Source: a virus. Taken from it: DNA of 28,693 bases. Position numbers and translations under genes: made by a program. Under the pieces are notes generated by a model. The model saw nothing but the letters and a program-made list of their open reading frames with translations. It was not told where the DNA came from and searched no databases. Within the stretch, counting starts at the first letter, position 1, and each line of letters starts with the position of its first letter. This document shows, piece after piece, positions 1-7,094 of the stretch. The stretch is from IMG/VR virus record IMGVR_UViG_2840399886_000001, positions 1 through 28,693 of that record. The stretch is one strand, 5' to 3'.

Positions 1-58
1 CTGGGAGAGCATCTGCCTTACAAGCAGAGGGTCACAGGTTCGAGCCCTGTAGGTCCCA
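1..58 (+). tRNA. tRNA-Val (anticodon UAC), 5' part cut by window edge
   Basis: Anticodon arm TCTGC-CTTACAA-GCAGA; T-arm ACAGG-TTCGAGC-CCTGT; acceptor 3' strand AGGTCCC plus discriminator A; CCA not encoded. Confidence 0.8.
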
Positions 59-61
59 TAT

Positions 62-143
62 GGATGGGTTCCCGAGTGGCCAAAGGGGGCAGACTGTAAA
101 TCTGTTGCAAGTTGCTTCGGTGGTTCGAATCCACCTCCATCCA
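62..143 (+). tRNA. tRNA-Tyr (anticodon GUA), class II with long variable arm
   Basis: Acceptor GGATGGG/TCCATCC; anticodon loop CTGTAAA; long extra arm; T-arm GGTGG-TTCGAAT-CCACC. Confidence 0.85.
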
Positions 144-161
144 TTAGCCGAAAGGCGTTGC

Positions 162-234
162 GCCGATGTGGCTCAATTGGCAGAGCAGCTGATTTGTAAT
201 CAGCAGGTTATCGGTTCGAGTCCGATCATCGGCT
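162..234 (+). tRNA. tRNA-Thr (anticodon UGU)
   Basis: Acceptor GCCGATG/CATCGGC; anticodon arm GCTGA-TTTGTAA-TCAGC; T-arm ATCGG-TTCGAGT-CCGAT. Confidence 0.9.
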
Positions 235-260
235 TGAGCGTAAGCTCAGTAATTTAATAA

Positions 261-334
<74 letters not shown>

Positions 335-338
335 TTTT

Positions 339-411
<73 letters not shown>

Positions 412-443
412 TTTTATTTTGCTTAAGTTTGTAAATTGAATAA

Positions 444-516
444 GGGCGTGTAGCTCAGGTGGTAGAGCACTTGACTTTTAATCAAGTTGTCCGGGGTTCG
501 AATCCCCGCACGCTCA
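444..516 (+). tRNA. tRNA-Lys (anticodon UUU)
   Basis: Acceptor GGGCGTG/CACGCTC; anticodon arm CTTGA-CTTTTAA-TCAAG; T-arm CGGGG-TTCGAAT-CCCCG. Confidence 0.9.
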
Positions 517-529
517 CTTAAGACAAATG

Positions 530-570
530 GCGTAAACTCAGTAAATACAAGGGTTTGCGCTATTTTTTTG
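530..570 (+). terminator. Rho-independent terminator after the tRNA cluster
   Basis: Stem GCGTAAAC (530-537) / GTTTGCGC (553-560, one G.T pair) followed by TATTTTTTT. Confidence 0.55.
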
Positions 571-613
571 TGTTTTTTCGGTAAGTGATTTTGCCGAAAG
601 TAATATTGTTTAA

Positions 614-699
614 ATGTCTCAAAATGGTCTCGTGAAAAATGAGATGTCTCAGAAGTGTCTCAGAAAAAAAGAACATGAGACAAATATATCTCATGTTCT
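614..699. repeat. Cluster of TGTCTCA / TGAGACA motifs (candidate integrase arm-type or accessory sites at attL)
   Basis: ATGTCTCA 614-621; ATGTCTCAG 644-652; GTGTCTCAG 655-663; degenerate TGGTCTCG 626-633; inverted ATGAGACA 675-682 and TGAGA at 640-644. Confidence 0.35.
663..699 (-). terminator. Rho-independent terminator of the integrase gene
   Basis: Perfect 11-bp stem AGAACATGAGA (670-680) / TCTCATGTTCT (689-699) with an 8-nt loop. On the minus strand it is followed by a T7 run (plus-strand A664-670). It abuts the int stop codon. Confidence 0.8.
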
Positions 700-1817
700 T
701 AGAAATTAATAGCAGCGTTCACTGCGCCCTCCACGTCTTCTTTTTCAGCTAAAATATGTGAATAAACTTTCATTACCATATCTTCGGTATCGCCCATTAA
801 TTCGGCGATACGTTTGATAGAGATCTTAGGAATCTGGTAACAAAGAGAAGAGCAGTAGTTATGCCGGAATACGTGTCCGGTCAGACCAACTATTTTTTCT
901 TCGCACACAGCTTGCATAGAGGTCAGGATGCGTTCCCACATCCGGTCATAAGCCGACTTGGTGAAAGGTTTGCTATCTTTCATCGTAACGAATAATTGAG
1001 TCCGCCCTGATCGCTTGACAGAATCCACATAGTCACGGATCGCCGGTAAGACTTTCTGGGGGATAGGCACAGTTCGAACAGAGTTCCAGGTTTTCGTTCC
1101 TTTTTCCCCGGCATCATTCACAATATATTCGTAAGCGCGGGAGATGGACAGTTCACTCTTTTTGAAGTTAAAGTCAAATACACTGAGAGCCACACATTCC
1201 TCTCTGCGGAGTCCGCATCCGTAGATCAGATACAAGTAAGCCTGATCAGCAGCATATTTATAATCTGCTTCAAAGACAGCTTTCTTTTCTGCTGGCGTGA
1301 GTGCACGGTTTTCCTTTGGCTTGTATTTGACCTTGTCGGTATTCCGGAGAATCTCTTCTGCGACGTTGGCGGCGAGAAGCTTGTCCACAACCGCAGATTT
1401 GAGAATCTGTGAAAAGGTTAATAGTATCTGTTGCTGAGTACGTGCGTGACCGTCTGCATTGGATAGGAGTGTCTCGATGTGGATTCTCTGAATATCCATT
1501 AATTTGATCGTCCCCAGAGCGGTGAAATGCTTCTCGATGATGTTATCGTACATCCGCTTGGTATTGTTGGATGTGCGTGCCTTATATACGAGTTTCCAGG
1601 AACGCGCGTAGTCAATGAAAAGGATATTGGTATCACGAACAAAGTTGCGTGCTTCTACCTGTGCTTTCATCTCAGTAACCTGGCGTTCCAGATCACGGCT
1701 GCTTTTGGCACTGCGAAGCGTAATCCGGTGCTTATGACCGCTCTTGGTATATGTGCCGTCCCAGACTTTTGTTTGGTAGTATCCGTCTGATCCAAGGGTG
1801 TATTTCTTATTTGCCAC
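699..1817 (-). CDS. int: Phage tyrosine integrase
   Basis: 372 aa. N-terminal SAM-like/core-binding region; catalytic signature GLRREE (Arg), HVFRHNY (His-x-x-Arg), and VYSH near the C-terminus (Tyr). Position adjacent to the tRNA cluster. Confidence 0.9.
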   Translation of the reverse strand: MANKKYTLGSDGYYQTKVWDGTYTKSGHKHRITLRSAKSSRDLERQVTEMKAQVEARNFVRDTNILFIDYARSWKLVYKARTSNNTKRMYDNIIEKHFTALGTIKLMDIQRIHIETLLSNADGHARTQQQILLTFSQILKSAVVDKLLAANVAEEILRNTDKVKYKPKENRALTPAEKKAVFEADYKYAADQAYLYLIYGCGLRREECVALSVFDFNFKKSELSISRAYEYIVNDAGEKGTKTWNSVRTVPIPQKVLPAIRDYVDSVKRSGRTQLFVTMKDSKPFTKSAYDRMWERILTSMQAVCEEKIVGLTGHVFRHNYCSSLCYQIPKISIKRIAELMGDTEDMVMKVYSHILAEKEDVEGAVNAAINF

Positions 1818-1974
1818 TGTATCACCTCCTAAAAATGTGTATAAAAATAACAGCCAGCGGAATGCCCGCTTGCAAAGGCTGTTTGAAGATGATACAATAT
1901 TTTTGCAATTATAAGGAGTATCATCTTCGGATATATTCCAGAACCGTTCCTGTTGGCGCAGGGGCGGTTTTTAT

Positions 1975-2457
1975 TTAATCTAAACCATTAATTCTCAAAC
2001 AGTTATTATAAGCGAGCTCCTGGAGCAATTTATATAATGGCTGCACATTATATTTCTTTGGGAACTCTAACTTATGAGATACATACTGGACCTGATGAGC
2101 TTTAAGATCAGCAGTCTTGATGTATGTAAAAGTAAGTTCGCTATCATCGAAGCCGAAACCTGCAGTTTCCATCGTCACATCAACTACGGAGAAAAGGTTG
2201 ATGGACTCTACACGCATCTTTGTGCCGGTTGCACCCTGCTTATCCGTGAAAATAATTCGTCTGTTAGTAAAAATAAGAGCATCACGCACAAGTTTAAATC
2301 CCACTGTGATTTCCTCACCGTCCATCAAATACATGCCGTATTCTCTCTGCATGTCCTCAGTAGACATTTCGCTGTAATTGTTAAGCACACCCTGGACAAG
2401 GTTACTGCTTGCTACTGATTTTGCACCATTCAAAACATCTTTCATTCCGAAAGCCAT
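1975..2457 (-). CDS. Bacterial PH-domain (YokE/bPH_1-like) protein; lysogeny-side moron
   Basis: Start taken at MAFGMKDV, which has the RBS AGAGAGGAA 8 nt upstream. Sequence ...GEEITVGFKLVRDALIFTNRRIIFTDKQG...VESI resembles the bPH fold family. Co-oriented with int. Confidence 0.6.
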   Translation of the reverse strand: MAFGMKDVLNGAKSVASSNLVQGVLNNYSEMSTEDMQREYGMYLMDGEEITVGFKLVRDALIFTNRRIIFTDKQGATGTKMRVESINLFSVVDVTMETAGFGFDDSELTFTYIKTADLKAHQVQYVSHKLEFPKKYNVQPLYKLLQELAYNNCLRINGLD

Positions 2458-2718
2458 AGCACATTCCTCTCTTTCTTTAGTTAAATAGTACACACAACAT
2501 ATATATAATCGCAAATGCGGTTATAACGTTTTTTTTGGTGGCAGAATGCCACAGGTATTGTAATATGTTAATTAATATGCTATTCTAAATATGCTTTTAT
2601 TGAAACGTACCTTCGTTAAAAGCTCTTGGGCTCTTCCAGACTCCACTGGAGGAGCCGCTTTCCGTTTACCACAATTTACCAGCAGACGCTGGTGAAAAAA
2701 TATATTATAATAGATTCC

Positions 2719-2916
2719 ATGAAAGTACTGCTAGATCAAATCATGTATGAACGCAATTTAACAGTACGCCAGGTATCCATTATGACTGGGGTTCCTAAAT
2801 CGACGATATCAGATATCGTATCTGGAAGAACAAGTCCCCGTCTGAATACACTGGAGCAATTGGCAGCAGGACTTAAAGTCCATATGACTGACCTTTTCGA
2901 ATCTACTTACAAATAG
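2719..2916 (+). CDS. XRE-family helix-turn-helix regulator
   Basis: MKVLLDQIMYERNLTVRQVSIMTGVPKSTISDIVSG... is a typical HTH_3 motif. The ORF-track TTG start at 2626 was replaced by ATG 2719. No clear SD. Confidence 0.65.
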   Translation: MKVLLDQIMYERNLTVRQVSIMTGVPKSTISDIVSGRTSPRLNTLEQLAAGLKVHMTDLFESTYK

Positions 2917-2934
2917 TGTCCGAGATCTCGGACA
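2917..2934. repeat. Perfect 18-bp palindrome TGTCCGAGATCTCGGACA (operator or terminator-like hairpin)
   Basis: Self-complementary over its full length. Starts 1 nt after the stop of the XRE gene. Confidence 0.5.
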
Positions 2935-3112
2935 ATTCCATGTATTTCCAACAGTTCCCAACATTCCGATTGTCTGTATATATAGAAACAGATAATCAAA
3001 AAGATAAAACAAACAAATGTTCGATAAAATACTTTCTTTCCATTCCAAATAGTGGTAATATGGATTCAAGGAATTTCGGACGTGCGTTTGTATGGAAACG
3101 GAGGGTGCGTAC

Positions 3113-3214
3113 ATGGAAGAGCTTAAAAAGGAAATTACAAAATTAATTCAAACTGTAAATGATCATGAAAAACTGCAGCTCATTTACAGATTTATAAAAA
3201 GATTGAGTGACTAG
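3113..3214 (+). CDS. Small ORF (33 aa, MEELKKEITKLIQTVNDHEKLQLIYRFIKRLSD)
   Basis: Not in the ORF track (<60 aa). GGAGGG RBS 8 nt upstream. Its stop overlaps the stop of the convergent repressor gene (CTAG). Its first 21 nt are repeated at 3969. Confidence 0.35.
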   Translation: MEELKKEITKLIQTVNDHEKLQLIYRFIKRLSD

Positions 3215-3597
3215 GCGCGAGGTGCCTGGTCTTTCTTTTTATGTGCCGCTTTTTCTGAAATCTTTTCCAGTAGTTCCCATTCTTCTTCATCCAGATCCGC
3301 AAGTGCTTCGATCAGTCTGCGACGATAGGAGTCTTCTTCATCTTTCAGCAGGTCTGCTGCAAAATCCGTAATCTTCTCGCTTCTGGTCAATTCTATTTCT
3401 ATTGGCCCATTTCCTGTTCGAAGCCACTCTTCGTTTATATTGAATTTTTCACATATTAATGAAATAACAGCATCGCTCGGTGCGTTTTTTCCAACTTCGT
3501 AAGCTCCGATGTTGCCTCTGGCTATTTTTAATTTATCGGCAAATTCTTGCTGAGTTAATCCAAGATGTTTTCTTAATAATTTAATTCGTTCGTTCAT
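3211..3597 (-). CDS. cI-like XRE-family repressor (no S24 peptidase domain)
   Basis: MNERIKLLRKHLGLTQQEFADKLKIARGNIGAYEVGKN... is an HTH motif. AAGGAGG RBS 6 nt upstream. Divergent from the cro-like gene. Confidence 0.8.
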   Translation of the reverse strand: MNERIKLLRKHLGLTQQEFADKLKIARGNIGAYEVGKNAPSDAVISLICEKFNINEEWLRTGNGPIEIELTRSEKITDFAADLLKDEEDSYRRRLIEALADLDEEEWELLEKISEKAAHKKKDQAPRA

Positions 3598-3629
3598 CGA
3601 GAGCCTCCTTTTCTTCTCTTTTCGAAATC

Positions 3630-3658
3630 ATCATAACACACGACAAGCTCTAATTCAA
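3630..3658 (-). promoter_or_regulatory. Promoter of the cI-like gene
   Basis: On the minus strand: TTGAAT (3658-3653) - 17 nt - TGT TATGAT (extended -10; -10 at 3635-3630). Confidence 0.55.
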
Positions 3659-3666
3659 TACAAAAT

Positions 3667-3732
3667 GTTGGTAAATTACAAAAAATGTATTGACAAAGAT
3701 AATTAACCAACCTATACTTGAAATATACCAAC
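3667..3732. promoter_or_regulatory. Three operator-like 12-bp repeats, consensus WAATWWACCAAC
   Basis: GTTGGTAAATTA 3667-3678 (inverted orientation); TAATTAACCAAC 3700-3711 (inside the P-cro spacer); AAATATACCAAC 3721-3732 (over the predicted cro transcription start). Confidence 0.55.
3690..3718 (+). promoter_or_regulatory. Early lytic (cro-side) promoter
   Basis: TTGACA (3690-3695) - 17 nt - TATACT (3713-3718), near sigma-A consensus, 30 nt upstream of the cro-like ATG. Confidence 0.7.
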
Positions 3733-3748
3733 AAAGCGAGGTGAGAAT

Positions 3749-3982
3749 ATGAAAATCACAGAAAAGATATCTGAGTACATCAGAGATCAGAACATCAATC
3801 TATCTGAGATGTCCAGAAGCACAGGCATATCCTATAGGATGATATATGCAAGTTTAGCTGACAAGAGCAGAAACAGAGCATTATCGGTAGATGAAGCAGT
3901 TGCGATATGTGATTATCTGGGGAAGACGGTAGATGATTTCAGAGAGAAACCAGAAAGGAGCGAACCTGATGGAAGAGCTTAA
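3749..3982 (+). CDS. Cro-like HTH regulator
   Basis: 77 aa. LSEMSRSTGISYRMIYASL is an HTH motif. RBS GAGGTGA. First gene of the rightward early operon. Confidence 0.7.
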   Translation: MKITEKISEYIRDQNINLSEMSRSTGISYRMIYASLADKSRNRALSVDEAVAICDYLGKTVDDFREKPERSEPDGRA

Positions 3983-4193
3983 AAAAGAAGTGGAAAAAAT
4001 GAAAGACCAGATAAAAGCCTTGATAAGGTCTTGTCTGATCTTAAGTGTAACAATATTTATTGTATCTGTTTGCTTGTGGATTCGCTATTTTCAGATTCGC
4101 CATTCTGTTTCTGAGATTCTTCGATATTTGCAAGATGAGTATTTAATTCATCGACTGACTTTTGTAATGTATCAAGTTTCTCAGATGTTATAG
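3969..4193 (+). CDS. Hypothetical small protein (MEELKKEVEKMKDQIKALI..., possible TM helix)
   Basis: GAAAGGAG RBS 8 nt upstream of ATG 3969. However, its 3' 137 nt overlap the convergent gene at 4057-4764, so the true extent is doubtful. Confidence 0.3.
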   Translation: MEELKKEVEKMKDQIKALIRSCLILSVTIFIVSVCLWIRYFQIRHSVSEILRYLQDEYLIHRLTFVMYQVSQML

Positions 4194-4764
4194 AGTCAGA
4201 AGACTTCGTATTATCTAAAAATTCCGATAACACATGGATTTCCAATTTTTGTAAATCCGTTTGCTCCTGACTGCTAGCCGAAGACTTCTGATATGTAAAT
4301 ATTGAAATAATGATAGCGAGAATAGAGAGAAAAACAGTGAATTTAATCGCAAACCGATTATTTCCGATAGGGATTGCAAGAGTTTCAGGAAATTCGTAGG
4401 TCTTTACAATCGATTGATCTAATGTGACATAGCTATCATCGGAATTCATAGCAGTATCAGACAAAGAGATACCATCAATGGAATTGGAAGAATCCACAGA
4501 AATAGCTGAGTCAGATAAAAAGCTATTCAAGGTGTTGATGAAGGATTGATATTGAGACATATCGATGGAGGCTTTAAGAGCTTCTCGATAGCTGTTTAAT
4601 AATGTTTCCATTCCGGGATAAGTTTCGAGTGGAGATGGGATGGAAATCTTTGGAGTAAAAACGTTATTGAGAATACTGGAAGAAAAGTTTATTTTCTCTA
4701 ACGTTTTGGATATACCGGAAAGCTCGGCATAGACATTTGCAATGTCAGAAAAATCAGTTGTCAT
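4057..4764 (-). CDS. Single-pass membrane protein; candidate lysogen-expressed moron
   Basis: Start at MTTDFSD with RBS AAAGAGAGGA 6 nt upstream. One TM segment (FTVFLSILAIIISIFTY). Acidic/Ser-rich coiled C-terminus. Opposite orientation to the early operon. Confidence 0.6.
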   Translation of the reverse strand: MTTDFSDIANVYAELSGISKTLEKINFSSSILNNVFTPKISIPSPLETYPGMETLLNSYREALKASIDMSQYQSFINTLNSFLSDSAISVDSSNSIDGISLSDTAMNSDDSYVTLDQSIVKTYEFPETLAIPIGNNRFAIKFTVFLSILAIIISIFTYQKSSASSQEQTDLQKLEIHVLSEFLDNTKSSDSITSEKLDTLQKSVDELNTHLANIEESQKQNGESENSESTSKQIQ

Positions 4765-4796
4765 GTAAAATCCTCTCTTTCGTAATTGTTGGGAAG

Positions 4797-4825
4797 ATTT
4801 TACCATAGCGAGAAAATTAAATCAA
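4797..4825 (-). promoter_or_regulatory. Promoter of the membrane-protein moron
   Basis: On the minus strand: TTGATT (4825-4820) - 17 nt - TGG TAAAAT (extended -10; -10 at 4802-4797). The upstream in-frame ATG (4806) lies before the predicted transcription start. Confidence 0.6.
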
Positions 4826-4846
4826 ATGCAAAAAGAGGTGAAGAAG

Positions 4847-5002
4847 ATGAGTGAAAAAGAAAAACAGGTCATGGAGCGTTTGGCTGAGAACCTGAAAGAT
4901 ATGGACGATGAGGACAAGAACAGTCTTATCGAAAGAGCAGAAGGTATGGCTTACATGAACCGGAAGTGGAGAAAGAAACTGGAAACACAGGATGCAACGT
5001 AG
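4847..5002 (+). CDS. Small hypothetical protein (51 aa, MSEKEKQVMERLAENLKDMDDEDKNSLIERAEGMAYMNRKWRKKLETQDAT)
   Basis: Not in the ORF track (<60 aa). RBS AAGAGGTGA 6 nt upstream. Confidence 0.5.
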   Translation: MSEKEKQVMERLAENLKDMDDEDKNSLIERAEGMAYMNRKWRKKLETQDAT

Positions 5003-5015
5003 GAGGTGAGATGTA

Positions 5016-5243
5016 ATGCTGGAATACCCAAAAGAAGTAATGAAGACATCAGAACTGGTAGAGATGGGATTCCCGGAGCAGATGCTCCTGAATGCCTATC
5101 GGGTAAAAGGGCAGACCTTTGCCCAAAAGGTGAATCCGACCAAGAGGAACAGTCCGATCATATTTTTTACAAAGCAATTTGAAAAATGGCGAGAGGAGCA
5201 ACAGAGAATTGAAAACAGATCAATTCAGAGAGGGTTCTATTAA
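5016..5243 (+). CDS. Small DNA-binding protein, excisionase/HTH_17-like (tentative)
   Basis: AGGAGGTGA RBS. KTSELVEMGFPEQMLLNAYRVKGQTFAQK... resembles Xis/MerR-type winged helix proteins. Confidence 0.4.
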   Translation: MLEYPKEVMKTSELVEMGFPEQMLLNAYRVKGQTFAQKVNPTKRNSPIIFFTKQFEKWREEQQRIENRSIQRGFY

Positions 5244-5245
5244 AC

Positions 5246-5515
5246 ATGATTGTCACAATTGCCGACGCTATATGCGCTGCAACATGGTTGATCGCAAGAG
5301 AAATGAGAGGCGTGCAGATTATGAAGAGAAGAAGAGTGCGAAAAATCGGATATAGCATGATCACAGCCGGAATGCTGGCAGGATGGTGTGTATGCGGTGT
5401 TTATGAGAGATCTAATCCGAATGCATCACTCTGGCCGTACATCGCTGCACTTCTGATCTGCATGGGAGTGACACTGATCGGAGATCAGGTAAGAAAGAGA
5501 GGTGAGGACTGGTGA
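5246..5515 (+). CDS. Small membrane protein (2-3 TM segments)
   Basis: Hydrophobic stretches: ADAICAATWLIA, ITAGMLAGWCVCGV, YIAALLICMGVTLIG. Confidence 0.5.
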   Translation: MIVTIADAICAATWLIAREMRGVQIMKRRRVRKIGYSMITAGMLAGWCVCGVYERSNPNASLWPYIAALLICMGVTLIGDQVRKRGEDW

Positions 5516-5572
5516 AAATGTTTGAAGTGGAATATGAAAGCTACGAAAGAATTCATAAGGAGGAAAAGAAAG

Positions 5573-5857
5573 ATGATTAAAACAGAAAGAGGCACAACGC
5601 AGATACAGGGAAAAGGGTTATGGGTAGAAGCTGAATTTTCTGCAACAGCAGGAGCAATGAAGAAATATTTATGCGATAAGTATGGAATGACAGAAGAAAA
5701 AGCCAAAGCACGAGTTATGGAATTGGCGGAAAGAGGACTTAAGAGCGAAGAGGAGCTTGAAAAAGAGGTATATAAAAGGATGTGCGAACTTTTTGATAAC
5801 GTCAAAGATATGCTTTCAGGTGACGTCAAGGAAGAATCAGATGAGAAGGTTCAGTGA
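5573..5857 (+). CDS. Hypothetical early protein
   Basis: Start at MIKTERG with AAGGAGGAA RBS 8 nt upstream. Charged helical sequence. Confidence 0.5.
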   Translation: MIKTERGTTQIQGKGLWVEAEFSATAGAMKKYLCDKYGMTEEKAKARVMELAERGLKSEEELEKEVYKRMCELFDNVKDMLSGDVKEESDEKVQ

Positions 5858-6062
5858 AGAACATGATCTGAGTCTATCAGATCTGAAGACTATCATATTC
5901 GATCGCGGTCGGAAGGAACTGGAAGCATATACCCATGCAAAGGAAAGAGGATATTCCGATTATGATGTGGAGAACCAAAGACTCCGGTACATAGCGATCT
6001 GGGTTGTGATCGAAGAAGCAGGTCTGGAAGAAGAGTTCGGGCATTGGAAAGTGCAGAAATAA
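5841..6062 (+). CDS. Hypothetical early protein
   Basis: Start at MRRFSEEH with AAGGAAGAA RBS. Overlaps the previous gene by 17 nt. Confidence 0.45.
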   Translation: MRRFSEEHDLSLSDLKTIIFDRGRKELEAYTHAKERGYSDYDVENQRLRYIAIWVVIEEAGLEEEFGHWKVQK

Positions 6063-6066
6063 AAAA

Positions 6067-6090
6067 ACACATCCGTTAGAGCGGATGTGT
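6067..6090. repeat. Hairpin ACACATCCG-TTAGAG-CGGATGTGT
   Basis: 9-bp stem preceded by A7 and with no downstream T tract on the plus strand. Confidence 0.5.
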
Positions 6091-6101
6091 CCGTAGCTAG
6101 G

Positions 6102-6150
6102 CTACAAGATGTAATACATAAAATACCTACATATATATTACATCTTGTAG
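6102..6150. repeat. 15-bp perfect inverted repeat with 19-nt AT-rich loop; candidate replication origin / Rep recognition hairpin
   Basis: CTACAAGATGTAATA (6102-6116) / TATTACATCTTGTAG (6136-6150); loop CATAAAATACCTACATATA. Lies 17 nt upstream of the HUH Rep gene. Confidence 0.5.
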
Positions 6151-6167
6151 TCCTAAATGTCAAGTAA

Positions 6168-7094
6168 ATGCGGGGTGAAATGCCCCGTAAAACACTCGTT
6201 AAGAATATTAAAGTTAGGACAGAAAAGAAGATGTATATCCAGAAATATCAGACCTTCCGGAAGGGTGACGTGATTGATTATATTGAGATCCCAGATGGAA
6301 GATATGGGGCACGGGGATTACCCCGGATGAAAAAGAAGAAACCCACGAAAGAACAGATAGCAGAGATTAATAAGCAGAATAAGGAGCGGAGATGCCGTGC
6401 ATACCTGATGGAGTATTTCCGTCCAGGAGACACCTTCGCCACATGGACCTACAGACCTAGTGCCAGACCGCCGGACATGAAGTCAGCTCTAAAGGATTTC
6501 CAGAAGTCAATCCGGAAAGTCCGGGAGGAATACAAGAAAAGAGGATATGAGTTGTTCTGGATCCGGAATATCGAAAAGGGAACTCGCGGAGCCTGGCACA
6601 TCCATCTGGCAGTGAATGCCATACCGGGAACAGCAGAGATCCTGCGGAAAGCCTGGACAAAAGGTGGCATCTACATAGAGACCATCAGAGACTCGGAGAA
6701 ATTCGGAGATGACGACATGACCAGATTAGCCGCTTATCTGACAAAGGACGCGAAAATGGGAGATAAAAAAGACGATGGATCCAGGGAGAAACCAAGACTC
6801 AAAGAATCAAGTTACGGTCATTCCAGGAATATGCAGCTCCCACCGGTGAGAAAGCGCAAGCTGCAGCATTGGAAAAAAGAGGTCAAACCGAAAAAAGGTT
6901 ATTATATCGCACGGATCTGGGAGGGAATTAACCCATACACCGGATTTAAGTACCGCAGGTACACCATGATCCGAATAGAAAGGAGACACGATGATGAAGG
7001 TTCAGATCTACGTCACCACCACTCTGGCAGGTCCCGCCGTAAAAGACGGAAACTACGGAGCTGTCGTGGAATACATCACCCCAAAGGGGCGTAA
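6168..7094 (+). CDS. HUH-superfamily rolling-circle replication initiator (Rep)
   Basis: Three ordered motifs: FATWTY (motif I), WHIHLAV (HUH, motif II), AAYLTKD (catalytic Tyr, motif III). Start codon uncertain (6168 or 6180). The last 104 nt overlap the next gene. Confidence 0.65.
   Translation: MRGEMPRKTLVKNIKVRTEKKMYIQKYQTFRKGDVIDYIEIPDGRYGARGLPRMKKKKPTKEQIAEINKQNKERRCRAYLMEYFRPGDTFATWTYRPSARPPDMKSALKDFQKSIRKVREEYKKRGYELFWIRNIEKGTRGAWHIHLAVNAIPGTAEILRKAWTKGGIYIETIRDSEKFGDDDMTRLAAYLTKDAKMGDKKDDGSREKPRLKESSYGHSRNMQLPPVRKRKLQHWKKEVKPKKGYYIARIWEGINPYTGFKYRRYTMIRIERRHDDEGSDLRHHHSGRSRRKRRKLRSCRGIHHPKGA

Noticed and set aside
60-257. 65-aa ORF in the track
   Set aside because: It lies entirely across the tRNA-Tyr and tRNA-Thr genes, has no RBS, and is an artefact of structured RNA sequence.
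1527-1978. Plus-strand ORFs (87 aa and 75 aa) opposite or next to the integrase gene
   Set aside because: These are shadow ORFs antisense to a clearly recognisable integrase. They have no RBS and low-complexity, Cys/Leu-rich composition.
2074-2418. Plus-strand ORFs antisense to the PH-domain gene
   Set aside because: Shadow frames of a gene with recognisable domain signatures. No start context.
2706-2711. TATAAT hexamer 8 nt upstream of ATG 2719 (possible leaderless transcript for the XRE gene)
   Set aside because: No acceptable -35 or TG extension at the right spacing. Noted only as a possibility, not called as a promoter.
2809-3146. ORFs 2809-3114 (-) and 2916-3146 (+) in the XRE-to-repressor gap
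   Set aside because: No SD, odd composition, and they overlap each other. The region is more plausibly regulatory or non-coding, apart from the small SD-preceded ORF at 3113.
6067-6090. Hairpin as a plus-strand terminator of the early operon
   Set aside because: The A run precedes the stem and no T tract follows it on the plus strand. On the minus strand it looks like a terminator, but there is no minus-strand gene to terminate. Kept only as a structural repeat near the putative origin.
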